From sequence record SRR2962707_868: a DNA stretch of 38,955 bases; one strand, given 5' to 3'. Every line of letters begins with the position of its first letter. Position 1 is the first letter of the stretch. The position numbers were made by a program, and so were the translations under genes. The notes below the pieces were generated by a model that was given only the letters and a program-made list of their open reading frames with translations, was not told the DNA's origin and did no database searches. This document shows positions 38,695 through 38,955 of the stretch, piece after piece.

Positions 38695-38955
38695 TTATTC
38701 TGAATCATTTTTGGTGACGGAATTGGTTGCCGTATCTGTATTTGCATACGGGCCTTTTGATTGTTTTTCTTTGGGTGGTTCTTGCCAAAAAATACGTTTC
38801 GGAGTAATAATCGCCCGTGTATGAATTTCATTAATGGTGTTTAGAATGTTTGGACGCATTATCCCTGGTAGAATATGAACATCGTATAATTCTTTCACCG
38901 CATTTTGATACTCAAGAATTCCTTCTACACGTTTGGTTCTAAGATTTACTATTGC
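38695..38955 (-). CDS. C-terminal part of a probable TIGR03032/DUF4915 family protein (5' end outside window)
   Basis: The frame is open to the window edge: AIVNLRTKRVEGILEYQNAVKELYDVHILPGIMRPNILNT...TPKRIFW. The ELYDVxxLPGxxRP pattern matches my recollection of the TIGR03032 C-terminus. The stop lies 5 nt before the GT41 start. Confidence 0.7.
   Translation of the reverse strand, partial: AIVNLRTKRVEGILEYQNAVKELYDVHILPGIMRPNILNTINEIHTRAIITPKRIFWQEPPKEKQSKGPYANTDTATNSVTKNDSE

Noticed and set aside
1-38955. Many short antisense or nested ORFs in the track; rRNA, tRNA, CRISPR or prophage genes
   Set aside because: The short ORFs overlap well-supported CDSs and lack motifs. No structural RNA gene, repeat-spacer array or phage gene was recognised.

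Overview
This is bacterial genomic DNA, almost certainly Bacteroidota and Cytophagales-like, judged from a T9SS C-terminal sorting domain, TAnnTTTG -7 promoter elements and signal peptides cleaved before Gln. Most of the window is housekeeping and transport genes: typA, M61 and M3 peptidases, a MacAB-TolC-like trio, an SDR, an SSS symporter, an FtsX/MacB permease, an aldehyde dehydrogenase, a Tat-type D-amino acid oxidase, hppD, MarR, MATE and MscS. Accessory inserts are a low-GC lipoprotein, an Mrr endonuclease beside a frameshifted REP-associated tyrosine transposase with exact 21-bp inverted REPs, and an orphan, degenerate cGAS/DncV-like nucleotidyltransferase. The best candidate for an undescribed system is the minus-strand operon at the right end (30621-38955). 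It encodes a probable TIGR03032/DUF4915 protein (truncated by the window), two translationally coupled TPR-GT41 (OGT/SPY-like) glycosyltransferases, and a T9SS-secreted double FG-GAP propeller/cadherin protein. That secreted protein has an unusual ~60-aa basic extension ahead of its signal peptide and nine GGE motifs, suggesting a dedicated cytoplasmic modify-then-export pathway. Also notable are a 17-aa leader peptide with a structured leader upstream of MATE, a circularly permuted DAO and a candidate sRNA locus. All family calls come from motif recognition by eye; no searches were run.
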